Origin: Armatimonadota bacterium
GTDB lineage: Bacteria; Armatimonadota; Armatimonadia; Armatimonadales; Armatimonadaceae
NCBI GenBank assembly: GCA_043754515.1
Contig: JAYUUO010000068.1
Span: 1-51,516 of the forward strand
Length of the DNA stretch: 51,516 nucleotides
Direction: 5' to 3'
In this document: one piece after another, positions 1-9,955 of the stretch
How the letters are laid out: the number at the start of each line of letters is the position of its first letter
Position numbering within the stretch: position 1 is the stretch's first letter
Translations under genes and position numbers: made by a program
Notes under the pieces: model-generated
Told to the model about the DNA's origin: nothing
The model's database searches: none
The model's input: the letters and a program-made list of their open reading frames with translations, nothing else

Positions 1-803
1 TTCGCCTGACTAGCCCCGCTGGGGGATCGCCCGCCATCTACAAGCCGCCTTCGCGGTGTTTTTGGTCTCCCTCTGCGTCCTGTCCCACGCGCTGTCGGCT
101 CTCGCCGCGCCGTTCGCGGTGACGGTCAAGTTCCAGCCGAGCGGCGGCACCGTGCCGTTGGGCTTCCTCGCGGACGGCGGCCAGACCAACGCCGACCGGG
201 GCAACGGCTTCACCTACGGCTGGTCGGGCGGCACGCCCGCTATGTCCTCCCGCGACGCGACCGGCACCTCCGACCTCCGCGCCACCGGCGCGAACGCCGC
301 CTTGTATCTCTCGGAGGCTGAGTTCGCAAGTCCGGTCAGCTGGAGCATCGACCTCCCGAACGGCACCTACACCATCAAGGTCGTCTGCGGCGACGCCGCC
401 GTGTTCGGGACCTACGGCGTCTACACCTACCAGGACCAGGGTAACGCAGTCGGCCCGGTGAGCCTCGCGGGCGGCACGACCACCGCCGCCAACTCCTGGG
501 TCGAGCAGACGAGCATTGTCAGCGTCACGAGCGGGGTGCTGACGCTCGCGCCCGGCTCGCCTGGCCCAGGCGGGCAGGGCCGGCTCAACTGGGTCGAGAT
601 CACGCAGATAGCACCGGCGGACGTCTTCGTCAACTTCCAGTCGGCGGACGCGCTGGGCATGCTCGGCCCGCAGTGGAGGAAGGACACCTCCGGTGCCCGC
701 GACGCGAGCGTCGGAAGTATCCCCCTACAACTTCGTCTGGTCGTCGAGTGACTCCAGCGGGTTCAGCGTGGCCCCGGACGCCGTGGTCTCGCCCGTGTCG
801 CCT

Positions 804-855
804 TACAACGGGTTCGTGTACACGACCGACTACAACGGGTTCGTGTACACGACCG
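804..855 (+). repeat. 27-bp in-frame tandem duplication (YNGFVYTTD/YNGFVYTTG)
   Basis: tacaacgggttcgtgtacacgaccg at 804 and 831. Confidence 0.95.
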
Positions 856-1453
856 GGGTTGTCGCGGGGGCACGCACCTGGTCCATCGGGTTGCGGAACA
901 GTGCCTACAGCGTCCACCTGGTCGCGGGCGACGCGTCCGGCGTCAACGTGAGGCACTACCAGTGCGCGGCGCAGGGCGTCACCGTGCTGGACGCGGTACT
1001 TTCCGCCGGCACCGCCGCGAGCCACTTCGCCGACGTTACCTTCGCCGCTTGGTCAACTCCGTGCGGGACGCATATGCACAGGGCGACCTGCGAATCCAGA
1101 GCGCGTTCAGCTACGGCGCGGCGGGACTTGCCCAGCAGTGGGACCTAGATTCCACGGTAACGGGCCAGACGCGGAACTTCTTCGGGAACATCGAGTCGTT
1201 CGTCTACGACCCGTCGGGGAGCACGGTCAGCAGTGTGTTCTCGCCCCTGACCAATCCCAGCCGGGTGGCGGGAGGGGCCGACCTGCCGAACGACAAGCCG
1301 TGGAAGGTGTACGCGTTCGACGCGTACGGCAGGCGGCAGGTGGAGCGGGAGGTGTTCTACCAGCCGAGCAACACCCCCGCGGACGGAGTCTTCTACGCGC
1401 GCGTGGTGGGGTTCGGCGGTCAGTGGGGCTACTACACGGATCAGTTGCTCGAC

Positions 1454-1642
1454 GTACAGGCGTACGACTACTCGTATGCCAGCGACTTCGCGAACCCGGG
1501 GCTTATCTACTGCCGCACGCGGTACCACGACAGCGTGAACGCGCGGTGGCTCTCGCGCGACCCGGCGGGCTACGACGGCGGCATCAACGTCTACGCCTAC
1601 TGCAGTGGCAACCCCGTCATGGGTATGGACCCGAGTGGACTA
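1454..1642 (+). repeat. Rhs core homology block, copy 1 (also 3037-3225 and, partially, 4637-4723)
   Basis: Closely similar 189-bp segments encoding VQAxDYSxASDFANPGLxYCRxRY...DPSGL; similarity ends at DPSGL. Confidence 0.92.
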
Positions 1643-2220
1643 TGGACGCTGTGGAAGTGGCTATATACCGGGCACGGAGATAGTAACGATGAGATCTATT
1701 ATAAATCGCTTGATCAAGGAGCGAAATCTTACATGGATTGGCAGGGCTTTTGTGGATGATCACAAGAATGTTGGCACCTACGTCTTGATGGCATGTGTAG
1801 GAACAGCTTCAACATTCCCCATGTGGCCAGATGTCAAAAGCATATCGGAAATCAGTCGTAGTGCGAACGCCCGTCCGCTTAGCTCCATCGCGCGGCGAAT
1901 TTCATTGAAAGCCTTGAGTAATTTCCGGCCAAATCAAGGAAGTAGTACCTTTGGACGCTTGGTGTCAAAGCGGGCACCAAATATTGCTAAATGGATAGTG
2001 CGCAACACTAAAAGCGAATCGGAACTCGTCAAGGACACCTTGCTCAAGAACCTGGGAAAATCACGGGTAGGCGGAACCACTGTGAATAGATTGGGTGTAG
2101 CAAGATTGTCCCTCAGATACGGCCTGGTCGGAGCGTTGTACCTGGAGGCAGGCGTGAGTTGGCACGCCGCAATAAAGGCTATGAACGAACCTCTAGTTGA
2201 GGATGATCCGTAGTGGTTCG

Positions 2221-2248
2221 GGGTGGTGACAACAGATTGTCATCACCC
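2221..2248 (+). other. Hairpin between toxin tip 1 and its immunity gene
   Basis: gggtggtgacaa-caga-ttgtcatcaccc, 12-bp stem with one G-U pair. Confidence 0.6.
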
Positions 2249-2266
2249 TTGCCTGGCAGAAGCATC

Positions 2267-2707
2267 ATGACCTACGAACAAATCATTCATAATCTCAACG
2301 ACGAATCATGCGGCGAAGAGTGGGACGAGTCATGGGAGACGCTTCTGACACTCGATGCGAAAGACTCGAGTTTTCTCCCCCTGTTGACGAAAGTAGTTGC
2401 AGAAAAATATTATAATACAACAAGCAAATACTATGCGTTAGAAGCCATTTCGATAATTGATCCACAACTATCGCGGAGCGTCGACTCGGTGTTGGAGGCT
2501 TTAGATGACGAGCACTTCGAGGTGCAGGGTCGGGCAGCGCGGTTATTAAAACAATACAAAGGAGGCGATGTGGACAAAGTCGCTAAGGCTCTTTCCAAAA
2601 CGGTCAGAAAAAAAGATGTGGTTGGAGTCAAAAAAGACGCCATGGTTAGCTTGATTAGCCTGGTGGGATTCAAGGATGCGTGGAGTAGCTTGTTGGCAAA
2701 TCGTTGA
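2267..2707 (+). CDS. Putative immunity protein 1, HEAT-repeat-like
   Basis: Directly downstream of the Rhs tip, AT-richer; HEAT-like motif VLEALDDEHFEVQGRAARLL; ATG 2267. Confidence 0.7.
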   Translation: MTYEQIIHNLNDESCGEEWDESWETLLTLDAKDSSFLPLLTKVVAEKYYNTTSKYYALEAISIIDPQLSRSVDSVLEALDDEHFEVQGRAARLLKQYKGGDVDKVAKALSKTVRKKDVVGVKKDAMVSLISLVGFKDAWSSLLANR

Positions 2708-2979
2708 ACGATGCCGAGTGCCTCGCTCGAAGACACCAAAGTGCCCAAAAGGTTGTCATGAAGAGCAACTACAAAGTGAGCGGCCTGATGAAGCCTGTCC
2801 ACGGCCGACCCCCGCTAGGTATGTAACTGCCCTACTTCACCAGAGCGGATGCCGGTGCCGTCAGGTCGCGTACCACGGCGGCGATACCCTCTGCCCTGCC
2901 GAGAGCAGGTCACGTGTTTCGGTAAGCAGCACCTCCTGCGGGGTCGGGGCGGGCGCGGCGGTCGGCGCGGGGTCGAGGC

Positions 2980-3792
2980 GTGGCGCAGTTTGTTGAACGC
3001 CTTCACAATCAGGAACACCACGAACGCCAGGATGAGGTGCAGGCGTGCGACTACTCGTTCGCCAGCGACTTCGCGAACCCGGGGCTCGTCTACTGCCGCG
3101 CCCGGTACTACGACAGCGTGAACGCGCGGTGGCTCTTGCGCGACCCCATCGGCTATGACGGCGGCATAAACCTCTACGCCTACTGCGACGGCAACCCCGT
3201 CATGCGGACTGACCCAAGTGGATTGCAGGATCAGGACATCAACTTCGTCCGCGGCGAGATCATAAAATGGCAACACGAAAAAGGCATGTGGGATGCAAAA
3301 AACAATCATGGAGCGAACGGTGCATTTGACTACAAAGTCAAGTTCCCGACAGGCCGCTTCCCTGTCCACGGTATGTTGCTCAGTTCGTCCCAATTCGGGC
3401 AATACGCGGTCGGCTACGCAGCTTATTACAACAGCGATCCCAGCTGGTTCGGCTTATGGGGTGCGCAAATGGGAGGTCACTTGTTAGAGGCACTGGAAGA
3501 TAACTACAGAGATGACCGCGAAGTAGGATGGTACGGAGACGACGGCAAAGTAGACAAAGAGATCATTATGCTGGGTGCGGTGGACGCGTACATGGACTTG
3601 AGGAAGGCGAAGAAGGAGAAGCCTTCGTGGTACGGCTGGCAGAAGTACCCTGGTTCTAATAAGCAACTGTCCCTTAAATACATCAGGAACTACAACATGG
3701 GCAGGACGGGAACCGTGAACAACCGCGCCGACAGCCTGTATAATCAACCACAGAACTCGCGAGCGGATAAGAACAAACGTAGCAGACCGTAG
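2980..3792 (+). CDS. Orphan Rhs module: core plus Ntox44-like (predicted RNase) toxin tip
   Basis: Rhs core ending DPSGL; tip has GAFDYK and FGQYAVG, resembling the DxK and GNxxxG motifs of bacterial toxin 44; no convincing start or RBS. Confidence 0.72.
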   Translation: MAQFVERLHNQEHHERQDEVQACDYSFASDFANPGLVYCRARYYDSVNARWLLRDPIGYDGGINLYAYCDGNPVMRTDPSGLQDQDINFVRGEIIKWQHEKGMWDAKNNHGANGAFDYKVKFPTGRFPVHGMLLSSSQFGQYAVGYAAYYNSDPSWFGLWGAQMGGHLLEALEDNYRDDREVGWYGDDGKVDKEIIMLGAVDAYMDLRKAKKEKPSWYGWQKYPGSNKQLSLKYIRNYNMGRTGTVNNRADSLYNQPQNSRADKNKRSRP

Positions 3793-3801
3793 AGGGGCAC
3801 T

Positions 3802-4302
3802 ATGAAACGCATTTTCACGGCGGTCATGATTCTCGCGGGTATATTCTCAGGGCTTTTCGTCACCGTCCTAGCCCTGATCGCGATCTCGGTTGAGTATACG
3901 ACCGTGACGAACACACGGGCGATGGAGCAGAAAGCGAGGAACGGTGATGCCGATAGCCAGAGGATCTTGGCCTCCGGCTATGATTGGGGCAACCAGCGGT
4001 CGAACAGTTGGGGGAGGATCTCTCGGGACGAGAACAAAGCCATCTACTGGTACACCCGATCTGCCGATGGGGGTAACTCCGATGCGAGTTGCTTCCTCGC
4101 GGAGTTATACGAGCGCAAACACCAGCCGGCGACGGACGCGCTCGCCTTCTCCTGGTTCGTCAGGTCGGCGAAATCCGGGAACAGTCGGGCAGCGCAGAGA
4201 CTATCGGTGGTGTACAAGCAGGGACTCCTCGGCCAGAAGAGGAGCCTAGCTGAGTCGGAACACTGGGCAAATAAAAGCCGGAAAGGAACCATCATAAACT
4301 GA
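3802..4302 (+). CDS. Putative immunity protein 2: N-terminal TM anchor plus Sel1-like repeats
   Basis: RBS gagggg; hydrophobic N-terminus; Sel1 motifs AIYWYTRSADGGNSDA and AFSWFVRSAKSGNSRA. Confidence 0.82.
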   Translation: MKRIFTAVMILAGIFSGLFVTVLALIAISVEYTTVTNTRAMEQKARNGDADSQRILASGYDWGNQRSNSWGRISRDENKAIYWYTRSADGGNSDASCFLAELYERKHQPATDALAFSWFVRSAKSGNSRAAQRLSVVYKQGLLGQKRSLAESEHWANKSRKGTIIN

Positions 4303-5374
4303 CGTTCCAAGGCACGGTGCCCAAGCTGAGCACGCTGACGAGCAACAGCAGCGCGAACGGTCTGAAGGCGTGGGGCTACGGCTGGTCCTTGATGCAATAC
4401 GACGCAGCGGGGAACCGGACGGCGGAAATGGGGGGCTTGTCGCGCCCTCCGTGTTCGGCGGGGGCGTCGAGTTGGGATACCCGGTCGGCAGGTACGGCAC
4501 CCCCTCGCGCTCCGCGCTCGACTTCGACCCGTACCTCGGTTTCGCGGCCCAGCACGGCTACTGGACGGACCACCTGACGGGCCTGATACTGTGTACCTAC
4601 CGCTGATACGACTCGAACACCGCCACCTGGATGACGCGCGACCCCATCGGCTACGACGGCGGCATAAACCTCTACGCCTACTGCGATGGCAACCCCGTCA
4701 TGAGTGCTGACCCGAGCGGGTTAGACGATGAAATGAGCGACGATGACATCGAGCACGGTCGTAATAGATCTGTAATGCCGGGGAAAAGTCGTGGCACGCC
4801 GCGTTCTAACTGGGCACAGGGGATGCGCCGTAAGTATCAGAGAGTCGGATCATTCCTCGCAGGACTCAACCCGATCGCGAACGCGATCACTGCCAAGACT
4901 GGCAAAGATGCGGCGACGAACGAGAAAGTTAGCACCACAGGAAGGGTACTGGCCGCAGTAGGGGCGATACCGGGCGTGTCGCTTGAAAGCGAGGTCGTAT
5001 CCGAGGTGGGTACGGCGACGCGGTACGGAGTCCACTGGACATCATATGGAGGGGCAGAGGGGATACTCACAAGTAACAGAATCAACGCTACAAGTGGCAA
5101 CACAAAGAACCTCCTGTACTTCGAGGTTGCGGATTCCCTTAGCAAATTGAGAAAAATTCTTGATGCCGGTGGTAAAACGACGGGGGCAGATGGCCAAGAA
5201 GTTGCGATCATCTTCAATGCGACGGGTCTACCCATCCGAAGCTTTAAAGGTGGTGCAAACGTTAATCACGCGATAGATTTGGGTGGCAGATATAAATATG
5301 TATCCCATTACACGCCGAAATATCACTCGGTGAAACAAATCATGGGAATGGTGAGACGCATGATGGGTATGTAG
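4303..5374 (+). pseudogene. Orphan Rhs module: YD fragment, broken core, pre-toxin TG region, HYD1-like ADP-ribosyltransferase tip (open ORF 4631-5374)
   Basis: YDAAGNRT repeat; frameshift; GFAAQHGYWTDHLTGLILCTYR*YD with in-frame TGA 4604-4606; RDPIGYDGG...DPSGL; AITAKTGKDAATNEKVSTTGRVLAAVGAIP (PT-TG-like); HWTSYGGAEGILTSNRI (HYD1-like). Confidence 0.75.
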
Positions 5375-5376
5375 TA

Positions 5377-5745
5377 ATGAGCAATGTAGATAAAACCGAG
5401 GCGGTGTTGACAATCCTGTCTAATTTTCATAGGGAGGTACTCGAATCATCTGGCCTGACCACCCCGAGATTCGAGACGTTAACAAAGGATTCAGCCTTCA
5501 ATGAGGCGGTGTACTCGTTCGCCCGCGCCAACTCAGATGTCATAGACGCCTTAGCCAGCCGCGCGGAACTATCGTCGGAGGACGAACTGGACGATCTATT
5601 CTGTCAGGTTCAGGATATGACTAACATATACAAGCGCGACATTCTCCCCGATGAGGCGCGAGACAGATCCGCCCAAGGCAATCTCAGCCACCCGTATTAC
5701 GAGAACAGAAGGATCTTCATCAGCGGTCTGATAAAGTCGCCGTAG
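5377..5745 (+). CDS. Putative immunity protein 3
   Basis: Small acidic ORF starting 2 nt after the toxin stop; AT-richer than core genes. Confidence 0.7.
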   Translation: MSNVDKTEAVLTILSNFHREVLESSGLTTPRFETLTKDSAFNEAVYSFARANSDVIDALASRAELSSEDELDDLFCQVQDMTNIYKRDILPDEARDRSAQGNLSHPYYENRRIFISGLIKSP

Positions 5746-5794
5746 CCGGCCGTCTCCGTTGCGGACAAGGGGCGCGGCGCGGTTCAATAGCGGC

Positions 5795-6691
5795 ATGAAC
5801 AATCCTGACTCTCCCCTCCCCCGCGTCGGCTTCGTCGGCCTCGGCTTGATGGGGCGGCCCATGGCCCGCAACATCGCCCGTGCGGGCTTCCCGCTCACCG
5901 TTTACAACCGCACCCGTGCTAAAGCGGACGCGCTCGCGGGCGAGGTGGCTTGCGCCGTAGCCGACACGCCCCGCGCCGTCGCCGAGTTATCCGACATCGT
6001 GATCACGATGGTCGCCGATGTGCCGGACGTCGAAGCGGTGTACCTGGCTCCCGACACGGGGATATTGCACGCCGCGCGTGCCGGGATGGTCTGCGTGGAC
6101 ATGGGCACCGTCGGCGTCGCGTGTGTGCGCGGGGTGGCGGAGCGGCTCGCCGGGGCGGGCAGTAGATTTGTGGACGCGCCGGTGTCGGGCGGCTCGTGGG
6201 GCGCGGAGCAGGGCACGCTCTCGATCATGGCAGGTGGGAGCCGCGCCGACTTCGACGTCGCGCATCCGGTGTTTCAGGCAATGGGACAAAAGATCGTGCA
6301 TTGCGGCGAAACCGTCGGCGACGGCCAGAAGGTCAAGCTCGTCAACCAGATCAACATCGCGCTCTGCGTGGAAGCGGTCGCGGAAGGACTGATGTTCGCC
6401 ATCAAGACCGGCGCGAATGTGCCCGCCGCATTGGAGGCGGTCGGGGCGGGCGCGGGTGCGTCCTGGTCGTGGAACAATCTCGGCGCACGAATGGCGGGCG
6501 GTGATTACGCGCCTGGCTTCAAGATTGAGCATCTGATCAAGGACCTGCGGCTCGCGCTGGAAGCCGCGGACGCCGTGGGCCTCGCGCTTCCGGGGGTGCG
6601 GCTGGTGCTTTCGCACTACGAAGAACTCGTTCGGAAGCAGGTAGGGAACGGTTCATTGGGAACACAAGCACTGATAGAGGCATTGAAATAG
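5795..6691 (+). CDS. NAD(P)-dependent beta-hydroxyacid dehydrogenase (3-hydroxyisobutyrate / tartronate semialdehyde reductase family)
   Basis: VGFVGLGLMGRPMARN, FVDAPVSGG, KLVNQ, F...KDL motifs. Confidence 0.93.
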   Translation: MNNPDSPLPRVGFVGLGLMGRPMARNIARAGFPLTVYNRTRAKADALAGEVACAVADTPRAVAELSDIVITMVADVPDVEAVYLAPDTGILHAARAGMVCVDMGTVGVACVRGVAERLAGAGSRFVDAPVSGGSWGAEQGTLSIMAGGSRADFDVAHPVFQAMGQKIVHCGETVGDGQKVKLVNQINIALCVEAVAEGLMFAIKTGANVPAALEAVGAGAGASWSWNNLGARMAGGDYAPGFKIEHLIKDLRLALEAADAVGLALPGVRLVLSHYEELVRKQVGNGSLGTQALIEALK

Positions 6692-6954
6692 GCATGCGCA
6701 ACCGGTCCGCTTCCGGCGTGTCCGATAAACAAGGATAAGCCCTCAACTGGCTGTTATTTCACACCACGAGTCGGCGCGGAACGTAAGCCGTGATCGGCGC
6801 GTATACCGAAGCGACATACTACCATTTCGGGCGACCCGCGATACAATAGCCGCATTATTCGTGGAAGGGTTTGCCCGCTCCCGGCAGGAAGCGCAACCGT
6901 CCCCAGCGTACGAATGACGCGCCCCGCCCGACGGGGAAGGAAAAGATACAACCG

Positions 6955-7728
6955 ATGCTCAAGCGATTCTGGAACTACATCAAAGCCCTGCTTTCCGGCG
7001 GTCTCGACACGCTGGAGAACCCCGACCTCCTGCTCGAACAAGCCGCGCGGGATATGCAGGAAGTCCACGCCCGCAACCGCGAACGCGCGGTGCAAGCCAT
7101 CACGCAGAAGAACAACCTGCAACAGATGGTGGACGATCTGCAAAAAAAGACGACGCAGTTGGAAGCCAAAGCGGAACTCGCTGTCAAACGCGGCGACAAG
7201 GACCTCGCCCTGCAACTTCTGAAGGAGAAGGAGTCCTACAGCGTCAGCCTGACAACCACGAAGGCGAGTCTTGAGCAAGCCATCGAGACGTCGGAGTCGG
7301 TCAAGGTCGCGATCAAGCGCGAGGAAGAGCGTATTCGCCAGAAGACCGCCGAAGCCCTCGCGCTGAAGGCGCAGTGGAAGAACGCGCAGATTCAGAACGC
7401 GATCAACAAGGCACTCGACGGCATCGGCACGATGGAGGATTCTACCCAGGCGTTCACTAGGGCGCAGGGGAAGATCCGCAATGCGCAGTCCGAAGCCGGG
7501 GCGCGCGCGGAAATGGCGAAAACGCGGGTTGATAACCGCCTCGCCGATCTCGATGTGGCCGAGTCAGACATCGCGGCGGAGAACGCACTGGCGGCGATGG
7601 AGGCCAAACTCGGTATGAACGCGACGACCAACACGGCGAAGCCAGCGATAGTCACGGCGACTACCGACTCGGATCTCGAGGCGCAACTCCGCGCCCTGGA
7701 GCAGAAGGTCGGCTCCGCGAACGGCTAG
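6955..7728 (+). CDS. pspA: PspA/IM30 family protein
   Basis: MLKRFWNYIKA...LENPDLLLEQAARDM, GDKDLALQLL, coiled coil; RBS ggaagg. Confidence 0.92.
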   Translation: MLKRFWNYIKALLSGGLDTLENPDLLLEQAARDMQEVHARNRERAVQAITQKNNLQQMVDDLQKKTTQLEAKAELAVKRGDKDLALQLLKEKESYSVSLTTTKASLEQAIETSESVKVAIKREEERIRQKTAEALALKAQWKNAQIQNAINKALDGIGTMEDSTQAFTRAQGKIRNAQSEAGARAEMAKTRVDNRLADLDVAESDIAAENALAAMEAKLGMNATTNTAKPAIVTATTDSDLEAQLRALEQKVGSANG

Positions 7729-7758
7729 TAGGTAGGCTCCGCGAACGGCTAGTAGGTA
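7711..7758 (+). repeat. 24-bp tandem duplication spanning the pspA stop codon
   Basis: ggctccgcgaacggctagtaggta x2. Confidence 0.95.
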
Positions 7759-7782
7759 GGCACAAGCGGATGGCGAATGAGG

Positions 7783-7823
7783 AAGGGCGGGTGATCGTGT
7801 TCCCACGATCATCCGCCCTTTCT
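7783..7823. terminator. Probable terminator between convergent pspA and greA
   Basis: aagggcgggtgatcgtg / cacgatcatccgccctt 17-bp stem followed by a short T-rich tail. Confidence 0.75.
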
Positions 7824-7839
7824 AATTGCGCCCCAGTCG

Positions 7840-8334
7840 CTACTTGGCGATGGCTTTGATCGTGTAGGCGGTGGTGCCGCCCGGCGTCCGCACCGTGATC
7901 TTATCGCCGACTCGCTTGCCCATTAATGCCTGGCCGACGGGCGACAGGTCGGAGATACGCTCCTTGTCGGGATCCGCTTCGTAAGCGGAAACCATCGTCA
8001 TCGTCCACTCGTCGTCGAACTGCTCGTCGAGCACCGTGACGATGGAACCGAGACCTACGCGGTCGGTGGGCACTTCGGACTCGATAAGTATCCGCGCGCT
8101 ACCGAGTATCCGCTTCAAATCCATGATGCGCCCTTCGATAAACGCCTGCGCATTTTTGGCTGCCTCGTACTCCGCGTTCTCGGTCAGATCCCCGTAATCC
8201 TTCGCGTCGCGGATCCGGTCCGCGACCTCATGACGATCCACGGTTACTAGCCGCTGGAGTTCGTCTTCGATACTGCGCCGCCCGTTGGACGTCAGTATTA
8301 TCTCTTCATCTTGTTGTTCAGTCACGCCCTGCAC
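7840..8334 (-). CDS. greA: Transcription elongation factor GreA
   Basis: AKDYGDLTENAEYEAAK, ISDLSPVGQALMGK; GGAGG RBS before GTG. Confidence 0.97.
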   Translation of the reverse strand: MQGVTEQQDEEIILTSNGRRSIEDELQRLVTVDRHEVADRIRDAKDYGDLTENAEYEAAKNAQAFIEGRIMDLKRILGSARILIESEVPTDRVGLGSIVTVLDEQFDDEWTMTMVSAYEADPDKERISDLSPVGQALMGKRVGDKITVRTPGGTTAYTIKAIAK

Positions 8335-8607
8335 AGTTTGTTCCTGCCTCCATGCCGTTGTTCAGGTGGTAGGGGCGAATAAACGCGCGTTTGCGTCCTC
8401 CGCGAATCCCCAATTTGCTCATGCTACCGACGGTTCCTCTTAGTACGGCTTAGAATGCGCAAAGTTCCCGCATGACGACAATCGCGCGGTTATTTTAGTC
8501 GCGTGTACAGACAAGACTTTAAGATAGGCTTTTACGAGACGGGTGTGTCGCCAAAATGGTTTCGGAAGCGATAAACTGGGGTGTACTCAGAAAGCATCGA
8601 AAACGAC

Positions 8608-8877
8608 ATGAGCGATTTTGCAAAACTGGTAGTCGGTGTACTTATTCTCCTTGTTGCGATCTGGCTTGTCGGACAGATATTCACCTACGCGCTCGGATAT
8701 TTCTTTATCGCATTAATTGTCGGCGTCATCATTGCTCTAACGGTTGCGCTGGTTCGTGCCTGGGGCCGCCCTAAGTCCGGGCTGCTCGACGTCCTGCCGG
8801 ACAAAGCGCATAAGGCGGCGGCGAAGCAGCTCGAACAAATCCAGCGCAAGACGGACGCGGATCGCCTTAAGCACTGA
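8608..8877 (+). CDS. Small membrane protein (2 TM), unknown function
   Basis: Long hydrophobic stretch followed by a charged tail; ATG 8608. Confidence 0.7.
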   Translation: MSDFAKLVVGVLILLVAIWLVGQIFTYALGYFFIALIVGVIIALTVALVRAWGRPKSGLLDVLPDKAHKAAAKQLEQIQRKTDADRLKH

Positions 8878-8903
8878 GTGGTAGGCGAAAAAGGGCTGAT
8901 CAG

Positions 8904-9245
8904 ATGGGGCCACGGGAGAACGCGGCACTCGAATCCCGCTCCCGGTGGTTCGATGAGCACGTGACGGTGCTGGAACATAACTCGACCCGCGTCGGTGAGA
9001 GCGACGGAGTGTACCGTTGTCCCTGTTGCGGGTACGCGACTCTCGGCGAGCGCGGCGGGTTCGGAATCTGCGACGTCTGCTACTGGGAAGACGACGGGCA
9101 GGATGACCGGGACGCGGATCGTGTCCGGGGCGGTCCGAACGGATCGCTCAGTCTCTCGCGGGCGCGCGCAAACTACCAGGACTTCGGCGCGTGCGAGATA
9201 ACGAAGCTTAAGTTCGTCCGGCGACCTCTTCCCGACGAGTTGTAG
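8904..9245 (+). CDS. CPCC-family cysteine-rich protein
   Basis: CPCCGYATL...ICDVCYWEDDG...GGPNGSLSLSRARANY. Confidence 0.9.
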   Translation: MGPRENAALESRSRWFDEHVTVLEHNSTRVGESDGVYRCPCCGYATLGERGGFGICDVCYWEDDGQDDRDADRVRGGPNGSLSLSRARANYQDFGACEITKLKFVRRPLPDEL

Positions 9246-9382
9246 CACCTGGCCCGCATTCCGCTCGGGTGAGCAAAACAGACTCGGGACTTCGCGTGGG
9301 AGGAATCCCCGACCCCACCGTCGAACAAAAACGCCATTCCCCGAAACGGAATGACACGCAGGAGCGTACACAGAACACAGGC

Positions 9383-9940
9383 ATGGCAACGCAACCCCTT
9401 CACGAAGACATGGAACAGGTACTTTTCAGCGCGGATCAGATTCAGGAACGGATCACGACGCTGGGCGCGGAAATCGCCCGCGATTACGCGGAAAAGGAAC
9501 CCCACCTCATCACGATTTTGAAAGGCTCGATCCCGTTCATAGCGGACCTCATGCGGGCGATGGACGTGCCGATGACGCTCGACGTACTCGGCGTGTCGTC
9601 CTACGCCGGAACGCAATCGTCCGGGGAAGTGCGACTGACCAAAGATTTAGACGACGCTATCGAGGGTCGGCACGTGGTCGTAATCGAGGACATCATTGAC
9701 ACCGGATTGACCCTCTCATATGTCTTGCGCAACCTGCGCCAGCGAATGCCCGCCTCGGTCAAAGTCGTGACGTTCCTGGACAAGCCGTCCGGGCGTGGCA
9801 CCCAGATCGAAGCGGATTATGTCGGCTTCACCATCCCCGGCGGCTTCGTCGTCGGCTACGGCCTAGACTGGAACCAGCGATACCGCAACCTGCCCTATGT
9901 TGGCATCCTGAAGCGCGAAGTGTATGCAGGCCCATTTTAA
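9383..9940 (+). CDS. hpt: Hypoxanthine phosphoribosyltransferase
   Basis: ILKGS, SSY, VVVIEDIIDTGLTL (PRPP loop), FVVGYGLD...YRNLPY. Confidence 0.97.
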   Translation: MATQPLHEDMEQVLFSADQIQERITTLGAEIARDYAEKEPHLITILKGSIPFIADLMRAMDVPMTLDVLGVSSYAGTQSSGEVRLTKDLDDAIEGRHVVVIEDIIDTGLTLSYVLRNLRQRMPASVKVVTFLDKPSGRGTQIEADYVGFTIPGGFVVGYGLDWNQRYRNLPYVGILKREVYAGPF

Positions 9941-9955
9941 GAAGGAGTTCCGCCC

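Larger units (their letters stand above)
56..2213 (+). pseudogene. Fragmented secreted Rhs-family toxin: signal peptide, two galactose-binding-like domains, Rhs core, unknown C-terminal toxin tip
   Basis: ORFs 56-751, 693-1148, 962-1759 and 1605-2213 join by frameshifts. Hydrophobic leader LVSLCVLSHALSALA; repeated domain (VKFQP...WSIDLPNGTYTIKVVCGDA and VNFQS...WSIGLRNSAYSVHLVAGDA); Rhs core RYHDSVNARWLSRDPAGYDGGINVYAYCSGNPVMGMDPSGL. In-frame TAG at 11-13 lies upstream. Confidence 0.8.

Noticed and set aside
4604..4606. In-frame TGA in the Rhs core as recoding
   Set aside because: It falls at a position normally aromatic in a module that also has frameshifts, and other genes in the window end at TGA normally.
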